Below, piece by piece: positions 7,751 through 20,078 of a stretch of DNA of 64,000 bases. Source of the DNA: Gammaproteobacteria bacterium Ga0074134 (lineage in GTDB: Bacteria > Pseudomonadota > Gammaproteobacteria > Ga0077554 > Ga007554); assembly GCA_001464965.1 (NCBI GenBank), contig LNEJ01000056.1, forward strand, positions 1,186-65,185, given 5' to 3'. Every line of letters starts with the position of its first letter. The first letter of the stretch is position 1. The translations under genes were made by a program, and so were the position numbers. Below the pieces are notes generated by a model that saw nothing but the letters and a program-made list of their open reading frames with translations, did no database searches and had not been told where the DNA came from.

Positions 7751-10057
7751 CTAATCATTGGAAGGAGGTGGTGGCGCGAGTACTTCGCGCATGCCGTTGG
7801 ATTGCAGGGGACCAACGACGCCAGCACGCTCCATCTCTTCGATGAGACGAGCGGCGCGGTTGTAGCCGATCTTGAGGCGACGCTGCACGCCCGATATCGA
7901 GGCACGGCGTGATTCGGTGACGATACGCAGCGCCTGATCGTAAAGCTGATCGGCCTCGCCGCCGGGTGGCTGGTCCTCGCCCATGTACTCTCCCCCGCCA
8001 GCCGTATCTTCACCCTGAAGGATCTCTTCAAGATACTGGGGCTCGCCAAGACGTTTGAGATGGTCCACAACTTTATGCACTTCATGGTCGGCGACAAATG
8101 CACCGTGCACGCGCACCGGCACGCCAGTGCCGGGTGCGAGGTACAGCATGTCACCGTGCCCCAGCAGTTGTTCCGCACCCATCTGATCAAGGATGGTGCG
8201 CGAATCAATTTTGGAGGAAACCTGGAAGGCAATGCGCGTCGGAATGTTGGCCTTGATAAGGCCGGTGATGACATCCACCGAGGGACGCTGGGTCGCCAAA
8301 ATCAAGTGTATGCCCGAGGCACGCGCCTTTTGGGCGAGACGCGCGATCAGCTCCTCCACCTTTTTGCCAACAACCATCATCATGTCGGCCAACTCATCGA
8401 CTACCACCACGATGTAGGGCAACGGCGCAAGTTCTTGGGCCACCATACCCTCCATCGGCTTGAATAGCGGGTCAGTAATCGGCTGACCGGCGTCGATGGC
8501 GTCCTGCACCTTTTTATTATAGCCGCCGATATTACGCACACCCATGGCGGCCATCAGGCGGTAACGCTTATCCATCTCCGCCACGCACCAGCGTAGGGCA
8601 TGGGCGGCCTCCTTCATGTCCGTCACCACGGGCGCCAACAGGTGGGGGATGCCTTCGTAGATCGACAGCTCCAGCATCTTGGGGTCGATCATGATCAGCC
8701 GCGCCTCTTTGGGCGTGGCGTTGTAAAGCAGGCTGAGGATCATGGCATTAACCGCCACTGATTTACCCGAGCCGGTGGTACCCGCCACCAACAAGTGCGG
8801 CATTTTGGCCAGATCCACTACCACCGGGTGACCGGCGATATTCTTGCCCAGCGCCAGGCTCAGGGGCGAGGAGGCGTTGTCGTACTCTTTGGAGCGCAGC
8901 ATCTCGCTCAGGCGCACAATCTCGCGGTGCTCATTGGGAATCTCCAGACCGACCACGGACTTGCCGGGAATAATTTCCACCACGCGCACGCTGATCACGG
9001 AGAGGGAACGCGCCAAGTCCTTAGCGAGTCCCGTGATCTGACTAACCTTCACTCCCGCTGCAGGCTGCAACTCGAAGCGGGTAATGACCGGCCCCGGATG
9101 CACCTCCACCACGATGGCCTCGATACCAAAATCCTTGAGCTTCATTTCAACCTGGCGTGACATGGCCTCAAGCGCGGCGGGAGACACCGATTCCTTGTGT
9201 ACCTCGGGGGCGTCGAGCAACGCCAGTGGCGGCAACTCTGTGTTTGCGGGATGCTCAAACATCGGAATCGTGATCTGGCGTTCCTTCTCCACCCGTGGGC
9301 TGGGTTCGACCTTCTTGATCACCGGTTCAATGCGCGGTGGCGGGCGCTGCTCGCGCTTGGCTTTATCGGCCACCAGTGCCTCGCCACGCACCTGGCTCGC
9401 GCGCCGCCCGGCCAGGTATTCCTTGAATCGCATCACACCCAGTCGCGCACTATCCAGCGCCCGCAACGTCATGCGCCCGGTGGCATCCATCAGGCGAAAC
9501 CAGGATAGCCCGGTAAACAAGGTTACACCGGTAAGAAACAATGCCAGGAGGAACAGCGTGGCCCCGATGGGGCTGAATGCGCTCGCCAGCGCGCCGCCCA
9601 CCACCTCGCCAAGGATACCGCCGGAATTGAGCGGCAGATCGGGCGCTTCTGAACTGAAGCGCAGCGTGGCCAATCCGCTGCCCGCCATCATCGTCAGCAC
9701 AAACCCCGCCACCTGCAGGCCCAGATGCTGCAAGGCCTCCGCCCTGTCCTCCGCCTGTTCCTTGTATAAAAGCCAGCCGCCAATACCGACCATTACGGGA
9801 AAAAGGTAGGCGAAATAGCCGAACAGATAAAGGAAAACATCGGCGAACCACGCGCCCGCCACACCGCCGCTGTTTTCAATCTTGTCAGTCATGCCGGTAT
9901 GCGACCAGCCCGGATCCGAGGGGTGATAAGTTACCAGCGATATCAGCAGATACACCGCAATCGCGCCCAGCACCAGAAGCGCGCCTTCGCGCAGACCGCG
10001 GCTGACTGCCCCGATCAATGGCGATCCGCCATCTTTTTTACGTGTTGCTTGCGCCAA
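7751..10057 (-). CDS. ftsK: DNA translocase FtsK
   Basis: 768 aa with four N-terminal TM helices, a Pro-rich linker, Walker [10 protein letters not shown], and a gamma-domain (winged helix) at the C-terminus. Confidence 0.95.
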   Translation of the reverse strand: MAQATRKKDGGSPLIGAVSRGLREGALLVLGAIAVYLLISLVTYHPSDPGWSHTGMTDKIENSGGVAGAWFADVFLYLFGYFAYLFPVMVGIGGWLLYKEQAEDRAEALQHLGLQVAGFVLTMMAGSGLATLRFSSEAPDLPLNSGGILGEVVGGALASAFSPIGATLFLLALFLTGVTLFTGLSWFRLMDATGRMTLRALDSARLGVMRFKEYLAGRRASQVRGEALVADKAKREQRPPPRIEPVIKKVEPSPRVEKERQITIPMFEHPANTELPPLALLDAPEVHKESVSPAALEAMSRQVEMKLKDFGIEAIVVEVHPGPVITRFELQPAAGVKVSQITGLAKDLARSLSVISVRVVEIIPGKSVVGLEIPNEHREIVRLSEMLRSKEYDNASSPLSLALGKNIAGHPVVVDLAKMPHLLVAGTTGSGKSVAVNAMILSLLYNATPKEARLIMIDPKMLELSIYEGIPHLLAPVVTDMKEAAHALRWCVAEMDKRYRLMAAMGVRNIGGYNKKVQDAIDAGQPITDPLFKPMEGMVAQELAPLPYIVVVVDELADMMMVVGKKVEELIARLAQKARASGIHLILATQRPSVDVITGLIKANIPTRIAFQVSSKIDSRTILDQMGAEQLLGHGDMLYLAPGTGVPVRVHGAFVADHEVHKVVDHLKRLGEPQYLEEILQGEDTAGGGEYMGEDQPPGGEADQLYDQALRIVTESRRASISGVQRRLKIGYNRAARLIEEMERAGVVGPLQSNGMREVLAPPPPSND

Positions 10058-10226
10058 GAATCGAACCCTTAAAATATAACATAACGTACTAATATCATTG
10101 ATAAAGAAAAGGAATACCGCTTATCTTTCCGGCTTCGCATCACCTGTTACAATACCCTGCGCCATGAATCAAAAAGAAAACTCCATGCCTGCGCGGCAAA
10201 AAACATGCTAGCCTGTTTGCCGATGA

Positions 10227-11243
<1,017 letters not shown>

Positions 11244-11294
11244 TTCCACTACCTCGTCTGTTGCCGCACAGCGGTAACAGACACTTTCTCTGGT

Positions 11295-12425
11295 ATGCAA
11301 CTTACCCTCATCGACAGTCTCGATACCCTCCCCGCCGCCCAATGGAACAATCTGGCAGGCGATGAAAACCCCTTTCTGCGCCACGAATTCCTCGCCGCGC
11401 TGGAGCGCCACCATTGTGTCGGCGCGGAAGCAGGCTGGTGGCCTCAGCACCTGATTGTCGAAGAAAGCGGGCAACTGCTCGGCGCGGTGCCAATGTATCT
11501 CAAGAACAACTCCTATGGGGAATTTGTATTTGATTGGGCGTGGGCCGAGGCCTATCAGCGTAACGGGTTGCGTTACTACCCGAAGCTGGTGGTTTCCATC
11601 CCCTACACGCCAGCCACCGGATCACGTCTCCTATTGGCCGACGGACAGCAGCGCGAAGCCGTCGCCGACAGGCTCATCGAAGGCGCGCTCGATCATGCCC
11701 GCGGCCTGAACGTCTCGGGCCTGCACTGGCTGTTCACCCACGAAACCGACACCCAATGCCTGGAACAACACGGCCTGATGCGGCGTGTCGGCTGCCAGTA
11801 TCACTGGACGAACCAGGGCTACCGCGATTTTGATGATTTCTTGTGTGGCTTTTCCGCGGAGAAGCGCAAAAAGATCAAACGCGAGCGCCGCCAGGTGCGG
11901 GAATCCGGCGTGGCTCTGGAACTGTTGGATGGTCACCTGATCAGTGATGAGCTATGGGACATATTCCATGCCTTCTACGCGTCCACCTTCGATGAAAAAG
12001 GCGGCATCGCCTCGCTGACGCCGGGATTTTTCAAGGAATTGGGGCGGACCATGCCCGGCCAGACGCTGCTCATCATGGCCCGCCACAGCGGACGCTATGT
12101 GGCCGGAGCTTTTTTTCTGCGCGGACGGGATACATTGTATGGCCGCCACTGGGGCTGCAATGAACACTTCCACAGCCTGCACTTCGAGGCCTGCTATTAC
12201 CGCGCCATCGATTACTGTATCGAGCACGGCCTCACGCGTTTCGAGGCCGGAGCGCAGGGCGAACACAAGATCAGCCGCGGCTTTCTGCCCACAGCCACTT
12301 ACTCCGCACACTGGATCGCCCACGAAGGCTTCCGTAATGCCATCGAAGACTTTCTGACACGGGAGAAAATCGTCATGGAAAGACACATGCAGGAACTCGC
12401 AGAGCATTCGCCTTATAAATCTTAA
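11295..12425 (+). CDS. DUF482/FemAB-like GNAT-fold acyltransferase family protein
   Basis: 376 aa. The N-terminus (LIDSLDTLPAAQWNNLAG..NPFLRHEFLAALE.S..VG...GW.PQHL) is characteristic of the DUF482 family. Confidence 0.5.
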   Translation: MQLTLIDSLDTLPAAQWNNLAGDENPFLRHEFLAALERHHCVGAEAGWWPQHLIVEESGQLLGAVPMYLKNNSYGEFVFDWAWAEAYQRNGLRYYPKLVVSIPYTPATGSRLLLADGQQREAVADRLIEGALDHARGLNVSGLHWLFTHETDTQCLEQHGLMRRVGCQYHWTNQGYRDFDDFLCGFSAEKRKKIKRERRQVRESGVALELLDGHLISDELWDIFHAFYASTFDEKGGIASLTPGFFKELGRTMPGQTLLIMARHSGRYVAGAFFLRGRDTLYGRHWGCNEHFHSLHFEACYYRAIDYCIEHGLTRFEAGAQGEHKISRGFLPTATYSAHWIAHEGFRNAIEDFLTREKIVMERHMQELAEHSPYKS

Positions 12426-12438
12426 AACCCCATTTTAT

Positions 12439-12555
12439 CCACGAAAAACACGAAACTCACGAAACAAAACAAAAGCCTCGACCGCTTCAACAACTCACCA
12501 AATGAGTGGCAAGTAATACGCAATATACAACTGAATATTATCGTATTTTTCGTGG
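12439..12555. repeat. Inverted-repeat (MITE-like) intergenic element, degenerate copy
   Basis: ccacgaaaaacacgaaactcacgaaac ... tttttcgtgg are inverted ends. The interior resembles the other copies (cacc.aa..gagtg.caag). Confidence 0.35.
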
Positions 12556-12595
12556 ATACCTAAGTTTTTCAGGATAAATACAGGGTGCGGCAGCA

Positions 12596-14569
12596 TCAAA
12601 TCACCCGCTCATTCCCCCCATCCACCGGCACTTGCGCGGCGGTGGTTTTGGCAAACAGCGGGCCGCACATTTCGGCGGCGAGTTCGGCGACGTCGCGGCT
12701 GGTGACTTCGACGCCCAGCACGTTGTTGCGCTTGTATTCTTTCACGCTCAGGCCGTAGTGTTTGGCACGGGCCTGGAGCACTTCGTCAGTCCAGATGCCG
12801 GTGTCGAACACAGCATTAGGGTGCAGGGAGTTGATGCGGATGCCGTCCTTGCCCCATTCCAGGGCGGCCACCCGCGCAAGCTGATTCAAGGCCGCCTTCG
12901 AGGCGGAATAGGCGGCGGCGCCGGGGCCGGGCGCGGGGACGTTTTTCGAGCCGATAATCACCACCCTCCCCCCTTTGGGCGCATGCTTGAGCAGTGGATG
13001 GGTTTCGCGCATCAGGATCAGGTTGGCGTCGAGGTTGATACCCATCACTTTGCGCCATTCCTCTATAGGCAAGACATCGATCCGGCGTCCCGGCGGGAAG
13101 ATGCCGGCATTGAGAATCAGCATGTCCAGACCGCCGAAGGCACGCACACCGGTTTCCAGGGCACTGGCAATCGCTGCCTCATCGGTCACATCACATACCA
13201 TGCCGAGAAAATCGGGGCGCTTATAGAGCTGCGTGATGGCCGGATTGATATCCAGCCCGATCACCGCCGCGCCGCGCGCCAGCAGGGCGTCCACGCAGGC
13301 CTTGCCAATGCCGGACGCCGCACCGGTAACCAGCGCGATCTCACCGGCGAACTGCGGCGGCTTGCCGCTCTTGCGCAGCTTGGCCTGCTCCAGATCCCAG
13401 TATTCCATATCGAAGATATCCTTGGCGGGCAGCGCTTGCCAGCCGCCCAATGCCGTTGCACGCAGAATGACTTCTATGGTGTGCTGGTAGATGTCTCTGA
13501 CAATCGCGGCGTCCTTGACGGTGCGCCCCACCGTACACAGGCCCAGATCATGATCGAGAATCACTCGCGGCGCAGGATCAAGCATGGTCTTGGGTTCTTT
13601 CGCGGTGGGCGCGTACTCATCAAAATACGCCTTGTAGGCGGCCGCATAGGCATCGATATCCCGCCCCAGGCAGGGCAGACGCTTGGTGCGAATCACGTGA
13701 TCCGGCGTGGCCGGACCCTGCTGCGAGATCACCGCAACATCGTCACGGCACGCGAAGGCCAGGCTGTTCGGATCCGAATCGGTGGCAAGTATCACAGGAA
13801 ACCCCGCCACGGCAGAAATATCGCGGCGCAGATTCGCAATTTCCAGACGTTGCGGTTCGTTGGGAATTCCAACGATAGGCGCCGGCAGGCTCCACGCGCG
13901 GCGCCGCACCAGATACTGCTCGGCGCGTGTCACAAGGCTAATCATGCGTTCATAGGCAATCTTCGCGGTCGGCCCGAAGGAAAATATCCCATGATTCATG
14001 AGTATCATGCCCAAGGTATCTTTATGAGCCTGCTCGGCGTAGGCCTGTGCACACAAGCGCGCAAGGTCGAAACCGGGCATGATATAGGGCACGATCACAA
14101 CCGCATTGCCATAGATCCTTTTGACGCGATTCAGACCCGCCGCCGTGTTGGTCAAGGTGACAATGGCGTCGGCGTGGGTATGATCGACGTACTTATACGG
14201 CAAGGTGGCATGCAGTATGGTTTCGACCGACGACGTGGGCGCGGAAGCGCGTGTCATATGCGTCACCAGCTCGTTGACCATCTGCGGATCCGACAGCGTC
14301 TCGAGCTTGGCCAAAGCCAGCATGTGATTCAAACGAACCGGCGCAAAACCGGCGGCCTCGATGGTCTCCAGATCCCAGCCACTGCCCTTCACATAAAGCA
14401 GGGTTTCATCCTCGCCGAGGATATTTTTTTCAGTGATTTTTACCGAGGTATTGCCGCCACCGTGCAACACCAGCGTGGTATCGCGCCCCAGCAGACGCGA
14501 GGTGTATACACGCAGGTCCAATTCGCCGGGATATTGGCTGGCTTCCTGGTCATTCCAAAGACTTTTCAT
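12596..14569 (-). CDS. Bifunctional class-II aldolase/adducin domain plus short-chain dehydrogenase (rhamnulose-1-phosphate aldolase/SDR type)
   Basis: 657 aa. The N-terminal ~400 aa are aldolase-II like. The C-terminal half has TGAASGIGKA Rossmann and YSASKAAL SDR catalytic motifs. Confidence 0.8.
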   Translation of the reverse strand: MKSLWNDQEASQYPGELDLRVYTSRLLGRDTTLVLHGGGNTSVKITEKNILGEDETLLYVKGSGWDLETIEAAGFAPVRLNHMLALAKLETLSDPQMVNELVTHMTRASAPTSSVETILHATLPYKYVDHTHADAIVTLTNTAAGLNRVKRIYGNAVVIVPYIMPGFDLARLCAQAYAEQAHKDTLGMILMNHGIFSFGPTAKIAYERMISLVTRAEQYLVRRRAWSLPAPIVGIPNEPQRLEIANLRRDISAVAGFPVILATDSDPNSLAFACRDDVAVISQQGPATPDHVIRTKRLPCLGRDIDAYAAAYKAYFDEYAPTAKEPKTMLDPAPRVILDHDLGLCTVGRTVKDAAIVRDIYQHTIEVILRATALGGWQALPAKDIFDMEYWDLEQAKLRKSGKPPQFAGEIALVTGAASGIGKACVDALLARGAAVIGLDINPAITQLYKRPDFLGMVCDVTDEAAIASALETGVRAFGGLDMLILNAGIFPPGRRIDVLPIEEWRKVMGINLDANLILMRETHPLLKHAPKGGRVVIIGSKNVPAPGPGAAAYSASKAALNQLARVAALEWGKDGIRINSLHPNAVFDTGIWTDEVLQARAKHYGLSVKEYKRNNVLGVEVTSRDVAELAAEMCGPLFAKTTAAQVPVDGGNERVI

Positions 14570-14618
14570 GGGTTACCTCTCAGCGTACGGCGAATGATCC
14601 TAAAAATCTCAGATGCAC

Positions 14619-14747
14619 GCCACAGAGTCACGGAGAACACAGAGGTGATACCGGTTCTCGTATTTATTGCTGATCACCGAACGGGTGAGAGCACTATCTT
14701 ACGACAACCAATCGTTTTTTCTCTGTGAACTCTGTGTTCTCTGTGGC
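14619..14747. repeat. Inverted-repeat (MITE-like) intergenic element
   Basis: The left arm ccacagagtcacggagaacacagagg is the reverse complement of the right arm cctctgtgaactctgtgttctctgtgg. The same family as 15379 and 57988. Confidence 0.45.
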
Positions 14748-14858
14748 TAACTGCTTTTTATAAGTTGATTGTAAGGGAAGTTCATGTTTGCCGTCCTGAA
14801 CCTGCAGAGGTGATGGCATGAGAGAGTGTGCCCAAAAGAAAGGGCGACCGCCTGGCTT

Positions 14859-15332
14859 TCAACGCCGAGGCCTGCTGACCTCCGCTATCAACCCTTCGGC
14901 AGCCGCCTCAATCATGTCCAGCACACGCTCGAAACCAGTGAGCCCGCCATAATAGGGGTCGGGCACTTCCTTCTCACCAAGGTGCGGGGCGTATTCCAGG
15001 AACAGCTTGAGTTTGTGCTGATAACCGGAAGGGCAAACCGCTCGCAAGTTATCGAGATTTTCCTCGTCCATCGCCAGGACGTAATCGAAGCTTTCAAAGT
15101 CCGTTACTTCCACCCGGCGCGCGCGTTGCGAGCTGAGATCGACCCCACGCCGCAGTGCCGCCGCCTGGGAACGCCGATCCGGCTCATGGCCAATGTGATA
15201 GGCGTGCGTACCCGCCGAATCAATCTCAACGATGGACTCCAGCCCATGCTGGATCACCAGGCTCCGAAACACGCCCTCAGCCGTCGGCGAACGGCAGATA
15301 TTGCCCATGCAAACGAATAAAACACGTACCAT
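14859..15332 (-). CDS. Low-molecular-weight protein-tyrosine phosphatase
   Basis: CMGNICRS (CX5R P-loop) at the N-terminus and a DPYY motif. Confidence 0.85.
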   Translation of the reverse strand: MVRVLFVCMGNICRSPTAEGVFRSLVIQHGLESIVEIDSAGTHAYHIGHEPDRRSQAAALRRGVDLSSQRARRVEVTDFESFDYVLAMDEENLDNLRAVCPSGYQHKLKLFLEYAPHLGEKEVPDPYYGGLTGFERVLDMIEAAAEGLIAEVSRPRR

Positions 15333-15378
15333 TTTCTACTCCGGAATACGGTGGTTTAACTTTAAAAAACTATATGAA

Positions 15379-15522
15379 CCGCAGAGCGCGCGGAGAGCGC
15401 AAAGAAATTCATATGGTTAGCGTAAGGCGCACTTTCACCCAGCGGGTGACTCGACACAACTTGCCAAGGTCTTTTTTCTCTGCGTTCTCCGTGCGCTCTG
15501 CGGGTGAATCGCCGTTTTTAAG
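15379..15522. repeat. Inverted-repeat (MITE-like) intergenic element, best-preserved copy
   Basis: CCGCAGAGCGCGCGGAGAGCGCAAAGAAA ... TTTTTTCTCTGCGTTCTCCGTGCGCTCTGCGGG are inverted arms around a ~65 bp core (ggttagcgtaa..cacccagcgggtgactcg..). It is ~75% identical to the copy at 57988-58140 and shares the tail tgaatcgccgttttt. Confidence 0.5.
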
Positions 15523-15564
15523 CCTTACCTTGCTTTTCAATCTTACTACTTTTAGCATAGAGAC

Positions 15565-15846
15565 ATGACATACGCTGAATTCACTCCCTCTTGCTCTCTG
15601 ACGCAATTGCGCGGCCTGATCGGCCTGCATGTCAACTATAACGGCGCGCGCTGCCAGATTATTGAAGTGTTGGAGGATGAGCCCGCCCTGATTCTTCAGG
15701 ATTGCGAGAGGCACACCACGATCCAGCCGGATCAACTCGGCGAGGCCCACCGCCGCGTCCCCTCCACCTTCACCATTCCTGTCCTGAGCAGCGATAAAAC
15801 TGAACTCAGCCCAGCGTTTTTGGATCTGCATTTGCTTGATGCCTAA
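15565..15846 (+). CDS. Hypothetical 93-aa protein, no family recognised
   Basis: Clean ORF of normal GC with no overlapping ORF of comparable quality. It is flanked by an inverted-repeat element and a palindromic REP. The ribosome-binding site is weak. Confidence 0.3.
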   Translation: MTYAEFTPSCSLTQLRGLIGLHVNYNGARCQIIEVLEDEPALILQDCERHTTIQPDQLGEAHRRVPSTFTIPVLSSDKTELSPAFLDLHLLDA

Positions 15847-15885
15847 CGCTTTTTCCATTTCTAAAGCAATCCATAGAGTGAAATC

Positions 15886-15936
15886 GTAGGGTGCGTCCCA
15901 CGCACCAATGGTTGTGGTGCGTAAGACGCACCCTAC
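15886..15936. repeat. Palindromic REP-like hairpin element (copy 1 of 2)
   Basis: gtagggtgcgtcccacgcaccaatggttgtggtgcgtaagacgcaccctac is a near-perfect ~22 bp stem. It is almost identical to 48516-48568, and both are preceded by agtgaaat. Confidence 0.5.
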
Positions 15937-15943
15937 ATAATTA

Positions 15944-16699
15944 TTAACCTCCAAGCACCCGCCGCACCCGTAGCAAGTCCTCCTCCGTATCAACGCCAAT
16001 CCCCGGTGGCTCCAACGCCTCGGCGACATGAATCTTGCAGCCCTGCCACAAGGCCCTTAGCTGCTCCAGGGATTCGGTCTGCTCCAGCACGCACGGCGGC
16101 CATTGCACGTAATCCTGGAGGAAGGCAGCGCGATAGGCGTACAGGCCGATGTGCCGGTAGTGTTCGGAGCGGGCAGGCAGTTCACCGGTGGTTGCGGTGA
16201 AGGCGTCTCGATCCCAGGGGATCGCGGCGCGGCTGAAATACAGGGCATAACCCTGTTTATCCATCACAACCTTCACAAGATGCGGATCGAACAGTTCGCC
16301 AGCAGTCTTGAGGCGCTCGCACAAGGTGGCAATGCTGGCCTGCGAGTGCGATTGCAGGTTTTCGGCAACCTGGCGGATCAGCGCGGGCGGCATGAGGGGT
16401 TCATCGCCTTGCAGGTTGACGATGACTTGATCGCCCGCATAGCCCATCAGCCGCACCACTTCGGCGAGACGGTCGGTACCGGAAGGGTGATGCGTTGCGG
16501 TCATACACACATGCGCACCAAAACCTTCGGCCACGCTGCGGATGCGCTCGTCATCGGTGGCCACCACGACCTCGGCGGCGCCGCTTTCCAGCGCGCGCTC
16601 ATAGACGTGCTGAATCATGGGCTTGCCGCCAATCTCAAGGAGCGGCTTGCCGGGCAGCCGGGTGGACGCGTGACGCGCGGGAATGATGACGCGGAACAC
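15944..16699 (-). CDS. kdsB: 3-deoxy-manno-octulosonate cytidylyltransferase (CMP-KDO synthetase)
   Basis: [20 protein letters not shown].. N-terminus and QGDEP motif. Conserved neighbour of ycaR and lpxK. Confidence 0.9.
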   Translation of the reverse strand: MFRVIIPARHASTRLPGKPLLEIGGKPMIQHVYERALESGAAEVVVATDDERIRSVAEGFGAHVCMTATHHPSGTDRLAEVVRLMGYAGDQVIVNLQGDEPLMPPALIRQVAENLQSHSQASIATLCERLKTAGELFDPHLVKVVMDKQGYALYFSRAAIPWDRDAFTATTGELPARSEHYRHIGLYAYRAAFLQDYVQWPPCVLEQTESLEQLRALWQGCKIHVAEALEPPGIGVDTEEDLLRVRRVLGG

Positions 16700-16701
16700 T
16701 G

Positions 16702-16881
16702 TCAGACTTCCTCGTCCGCTCCCAGTTTACGCGCCTCCTCTTCCAGCATGACAGGAATTTCGTCGCGGATTGGATAGGCCAGGCGATCTGCCTTGCAAAT
16801 CAGTTCCGCTTCCGCCTTTTTATAAACAAGCGGGCTCTTGCAGATGGGGCACACAAGAATATCGAGTAACTTTTTATCCAT
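16702..16881 (-). CDS. ycaR: Trm112-like small protein YcaR (UPF0434/DUF343), 59 aa; below the ORF-track length cut-off
   Basis: Hand translation gives [59 protein letters not shown], with the CPxC...zinc-ribbon signature. It sits in the conserved lpxK-ycaR-kdsB position. Confidence 0.7.
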   Translation of the reverse strand: MDKKLLDILVCPICKSPLVYKKAEAELICKADRLAYPIRDEIPVMLEEEARKLGADEEV

Positions 16882-17866
16882 TTTTCACCTTCCTCAACGC
16901 CAGCAAGTTAAGCAATTGCTTGCCAAAATCCTCATCCAGTTCCGCATCCACCGGCAAATACCAGTGCTGTGCACCGGCAAACCCGCGGCATTTTACCGCG
17001 TCTTTTTCGGTCATGATAACAGGCGCATTGTCGCCGAATTGAATGTCCTGCGCCACAAACGGATGGTGATCCGGGAAAGCATGTTCGATGATGGTCATTC
17101 CGAGGCTTTTGAGGTGATCGAAAAACCGCGCCGGATGACCAATGCCTGCAACCGCGTGGATAACCTGCCCCTGAAACTCCGCGGACTGTCGCATCATGGA
17201 TTCATCGCATAAATTACGGATCAAGCCGCTACGCAGCCGCATGGAGAATTGGCCTTGCCCTGCTTGCCCATTGTTCACCACGACCAGATCCACGCTGTTT
17301 AACCGGCCTTGCGGCTCGCGCAACGGCCCTGCGGGCAGGCAATACCCATTGCCGAAGCGGCGCGCGCCATCGATCACTGCGATTTCTATATCACGGCCCA
17401 GCGCATAATGTTGCAAACCGTCGTCGGAGATGATGATGTCACACGCCGCGCTTTCCAGCACCTTTCTGGCGGCGGCAACGCGATTCGGCGCAACTGCCAT
17501 TGGGCATCCACTGCGCCGCGCCAGCAGCACCGCCTCATCTCCCACCAGGGCGGGGTCGCTGCCCGCATTCACCTGTTGCGGCCACCGGGGGGCATTGCCA
17601 CCATAGCCGCGGCTAACAATGGCGGGCGCATATCCAGCCTGCTTGAGATACTCAACCAGCCACGCCACCAACGGGGTTTTGCCAGTGCCGCCGACGCTGA
17701 TATTTCCAACCACGATTACCGGCACGGGCAGCCGCGTGATCTTGCGCAATCCGGTACGATACGCGATGCGGCGCAGCACGGCCACCAGACAGAACAGCCA
17801 GGACAGGGGCACTAGCAAGACCGATAGGGGATTATTGCTGTACCAATAATGATCCAGGCGCCGCAT
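16874..17866 (-). CDS. lpxK: Tetraacyldisaccharide 4'-kinase
   Basis: P-loop [13 protein letters not shown] and the msbA-lpxK arrangement. Confidence 0.9.
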   Translation of the reverse strand: MRRLDHYWYSNNPLSVLLVPLSWLFCLVAVLRRIAYRTGLRKITRLPVPVIVVGNISVGGTGKTPLVAWLVEYLKQAGYAPAIVSRGYGGNAPRWPQQVNAGSDPALVGDEAVLLARRSGCPMAVAPNRVAAARKVLESAACDIIISDDGLQHYALGRDIEIAVIDGARRFGNGYCLPAGPLREPQGRLNSVDLVVVNNGQAGQGQFSMRLRSGLIRNLCDESMMRQSAEFQGQVIHAVAGIGHPARFFDHLKSLGMTIIEHAFPDHHPFVAQDIQFGDNAPVIMTEKDAVKCRGFAGAQHWYLPVDAELDEDFGKQLLNLLALRKVKNG

Positions 17867-17871
17867 GCGCG

Positions 17872-19656
17872 TTAACTGATCTCCGCATCTGTACTTGCTG
17901 TTTGCGGCGATGCAAACTGCATGCGATGCAGGCTGGCATAATGCCCGCCACGCGCCAGCAGCTCGGCGTGCCTGCCCTGCTCCACGATCCGGCCATGATC
18001 CATCACCACGATCACATCCGCCTGCTCAATAGTGGACAGCCGATGGGCGATAATCAGCGTGGTGCGGTTGCGCACAAGCTGGGCAAGCGCGGCCTGGATC
18101 AAGCGCTCTGATTCAGTATCCAGCGAGGCAGTAGCCTCGTCGAGAATCAGCACGGGCGCGTCCTTCAGCAGAGCGCGGGCAATCGCCAGGCGCTGGCGCT
18201 GGCCGCCGGACAGCATCATACCCTTCTCACCGACGATGGTCTGCAAACCCTGCGGCAGTTTACGGATAAACTCCATCGCATGCGCCGCCTCGGCGGCACG
18301 CATGATATCCGCCTCGTTCACGCTGCCCTGGCGGCCATAGGCAATGTTATTGGCGATAGTGTCATTGAACAGTGTCACATCCTGACCTACCAGCGCGATT
18401 TGATTACGCAGGTCTTCAAGCATGAAGTCGCGGATGTCACAGCCGTCAAGCGTGATGCTGCCCATGGCCGGATCATAAAAACGCGGCAGCAAGCTGACCA
18501 GTGTTGTTTTACCGCTACCTGAGCGCCCGACAAAGGCGACCGTTTGGCCGGGCTCGATCTTCAGATTGATATTTTCCAGCACCCTGCCCTTCGTTGCGGC
18601 ATAGGCAAACGAGACATTGTCATATTCGATGGCGCCACGCGCGCGTTCGATGCGAACAGTACCGGTATCCTTTTCCGCCTCACAATCCAGCAGGCCAAAA
18701 ATACTTTCCGAGGCAACGATGCCGCGCTGTATCGCAGAATGAATTGTGGTCAGCCGCTTGAGCGGTGTGAGCAGCATGGTCATGGCGACGATGAACGACA
18801 TAAACGTGCCCACCGTGATCTTTGCCAGCATGGAATCCATGGTCGCCAGATAGATGATGCCAGCCAGCGCAGACCCTGCAACCAGTTGAATCACGGGAAC
18901 GCTCGCTTCCCGCGTCGCCGTCATCTTCATGTGCTGGCGCCGGTTGACTGCGTTCACGTCGTCAAAAATATCCGCCTGGTGGCGCTGGCCGCCGAAAATC
19001 TTGATGACACGCTGCCCTTCAATAGCCTGGCCCGCCGCCTCGGTAACCCCGCCCATGCTTGCCTGGATGCGGCCACTGATGCGCCGGAAACGCCTGTTCA
19101 CATAGGCCACCAGAAATGCGATGAAGGGTCCGGTCAACATAAAGGTGATGGCCAGCATCCAGTTCAAGTAAAACATCCAGGCCAAAAGGCCAGCGATAGT
19201 CAGGGTATCCCGGACAACAACAGTCAACACACTGGTGGATGCCTCCGCGACCTGCTCCACGTCATAGACCAGCTTTGAAATAAGCTGCCCCGATGAGCTT
19301 TTGTCATAGAAACCAGCGGGCAGACGCAGCATATGCTCAAACATCTCCCGGCGCAGATTGTTAATCACCTGCCGCCCCACCCAGGTCATGCCATAGGAGG
19401 ACAAAAATCCGCTGACACCGCGCAGCATGAACAATCCGATGATCGCCAGCGGTATGATGCGGATGGTATCCGGGTCTTTGTTTACAAAGCTGCCGTCCAG
19501 CATGGGCTTCATCAGCGCGGCGAATGCGGTGTCGGTGGCCGCCAGAATCACCATAGCAACGATGGAGGCAGCGAAGATTTTCCAGTAAGGGCGCGCATAG
19601 CCGAGCAGGCGGCGATAAACCACGGATGTGCTCTGGGAGGATGAATCAGTCATCAC
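17872..19656 (-). CDS. msbA: Lipid A export ABC transporter (permease plus ATPase)
   Basis: 594 aa with six TM helices, then a nucleotide-binding domain (GRSGSGKTT, LSGGQRQRLAIARALL). Located upstream of lpxK. Confidence 0.9.
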   Translation of the reverse strand: MMTDSSSQSTSVVYRRLLGYARPYWKIFAASIVAMVILAATDTAFAALMKPMLDGSFVNKDPDTIRIIPLAIIGLFMLRGVSGFLSSYGMTWVGRQVINNLRREMFEHMLRLPAGFYDKSSSGQLISKLVYDVEQVAEASTSVLTVVVRDTLTIAGLLAWMFYLNWMLAITFMLTGPFIAFLVAYVNRRFRRISGRIQASMGGVTEAAGQAIEGQRVIKIFGGQRHQADIFDDVNAVNRRQHMKMTATREASVPVIQLVAGSALAGIIYLATMDSMLAKITVGTFMSFIVAMTMLLTPLKRLTTIHSAIQRGIVASESIFGLLDCEAEKDTGTVRIERARGAIEYDNVSFAYAATKGRVLENINLKIEPGQTVAFVGRSGSGKTTLVSLLPRFYDPAMGSITLDGCDIRDFMLEDLRNQIALVGQDVTLFNDTIANNIAYGRQGSVNEADIMRAAEAAHAMEFIRKLPQGLQTIVGEKGMMLSGGQRQRLAIARALLKDAPVLILDEATASLDTESERLIQAALAQLVRNRTTLIIAHRLSTIEQADVIVVMDHGRIVEQGRHAELLARGGHYASLHRMQFASPQTASTDAEIS

Positions 19657-20078
19657 TATTTGTGAGCTGGCTTTTGCGTAGTGGCCAGTGACAGGTGAAC
19701 AAAACCAAGCTGTCCTGCGGCATCCATGGCAGTAACAACGGCTTGGTGCGCAGTCTTGGCATCGGCACTGATCAGTAGTGGAATTTTCGTGTCATCACCC
19801 GCCGCCACGCGAATCGCCTGTTTCAGGGTTTCAATCTGGGTATTGATCACCCGTTGCTGATTGACGTAGAAACGCCCTTCGGCATCAATGGTAATTTCCA
19901 GCGGTTTTTCCGGCGCCTGACGCTGCTCGGCTGAGGCTTCCGGAAGATCAAGGGTAATCGCGGACTGCTTGTTGAAGGTGGTGGAAAGCATAAAAAAAAC
20001 CACCAGCAGGAGTGCAACATCGACCAGCGGGATGAGGTTGACCTCGGGCTCTTCCCTGCGGGGCTTGCGGAAATTCAC
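19656..20078 (-). CDS. exbD: ExbD/TolR family protein (second copy)
   Basis: NLIPLVDVALLLVVFFM signature. Cotranscribed with a second exbB directly upstream of msbA. Confidence 0.85.
   Translation of the reverse strand: MNFRKPRREEPEVNLIPLVDVALLLVVFFMLSTTFNKQSAITLDLPEASAEQRQAPEKPLEITIDAEGRFYVNQQRVINTQIETLKQAIRVAAGDDTKIPLLISADAKTAHQAVVTAMDAAGQLGFVHLSLATTQKPAHK

Noticed and set aside
12632-14728. 698-aa ORF on the plus strand
   Set aside because: It is antisense to the well-supported aldolase/SDR gene. The translation is Arg/Gly-rich low complexity, typical of high-GC antisense frames.
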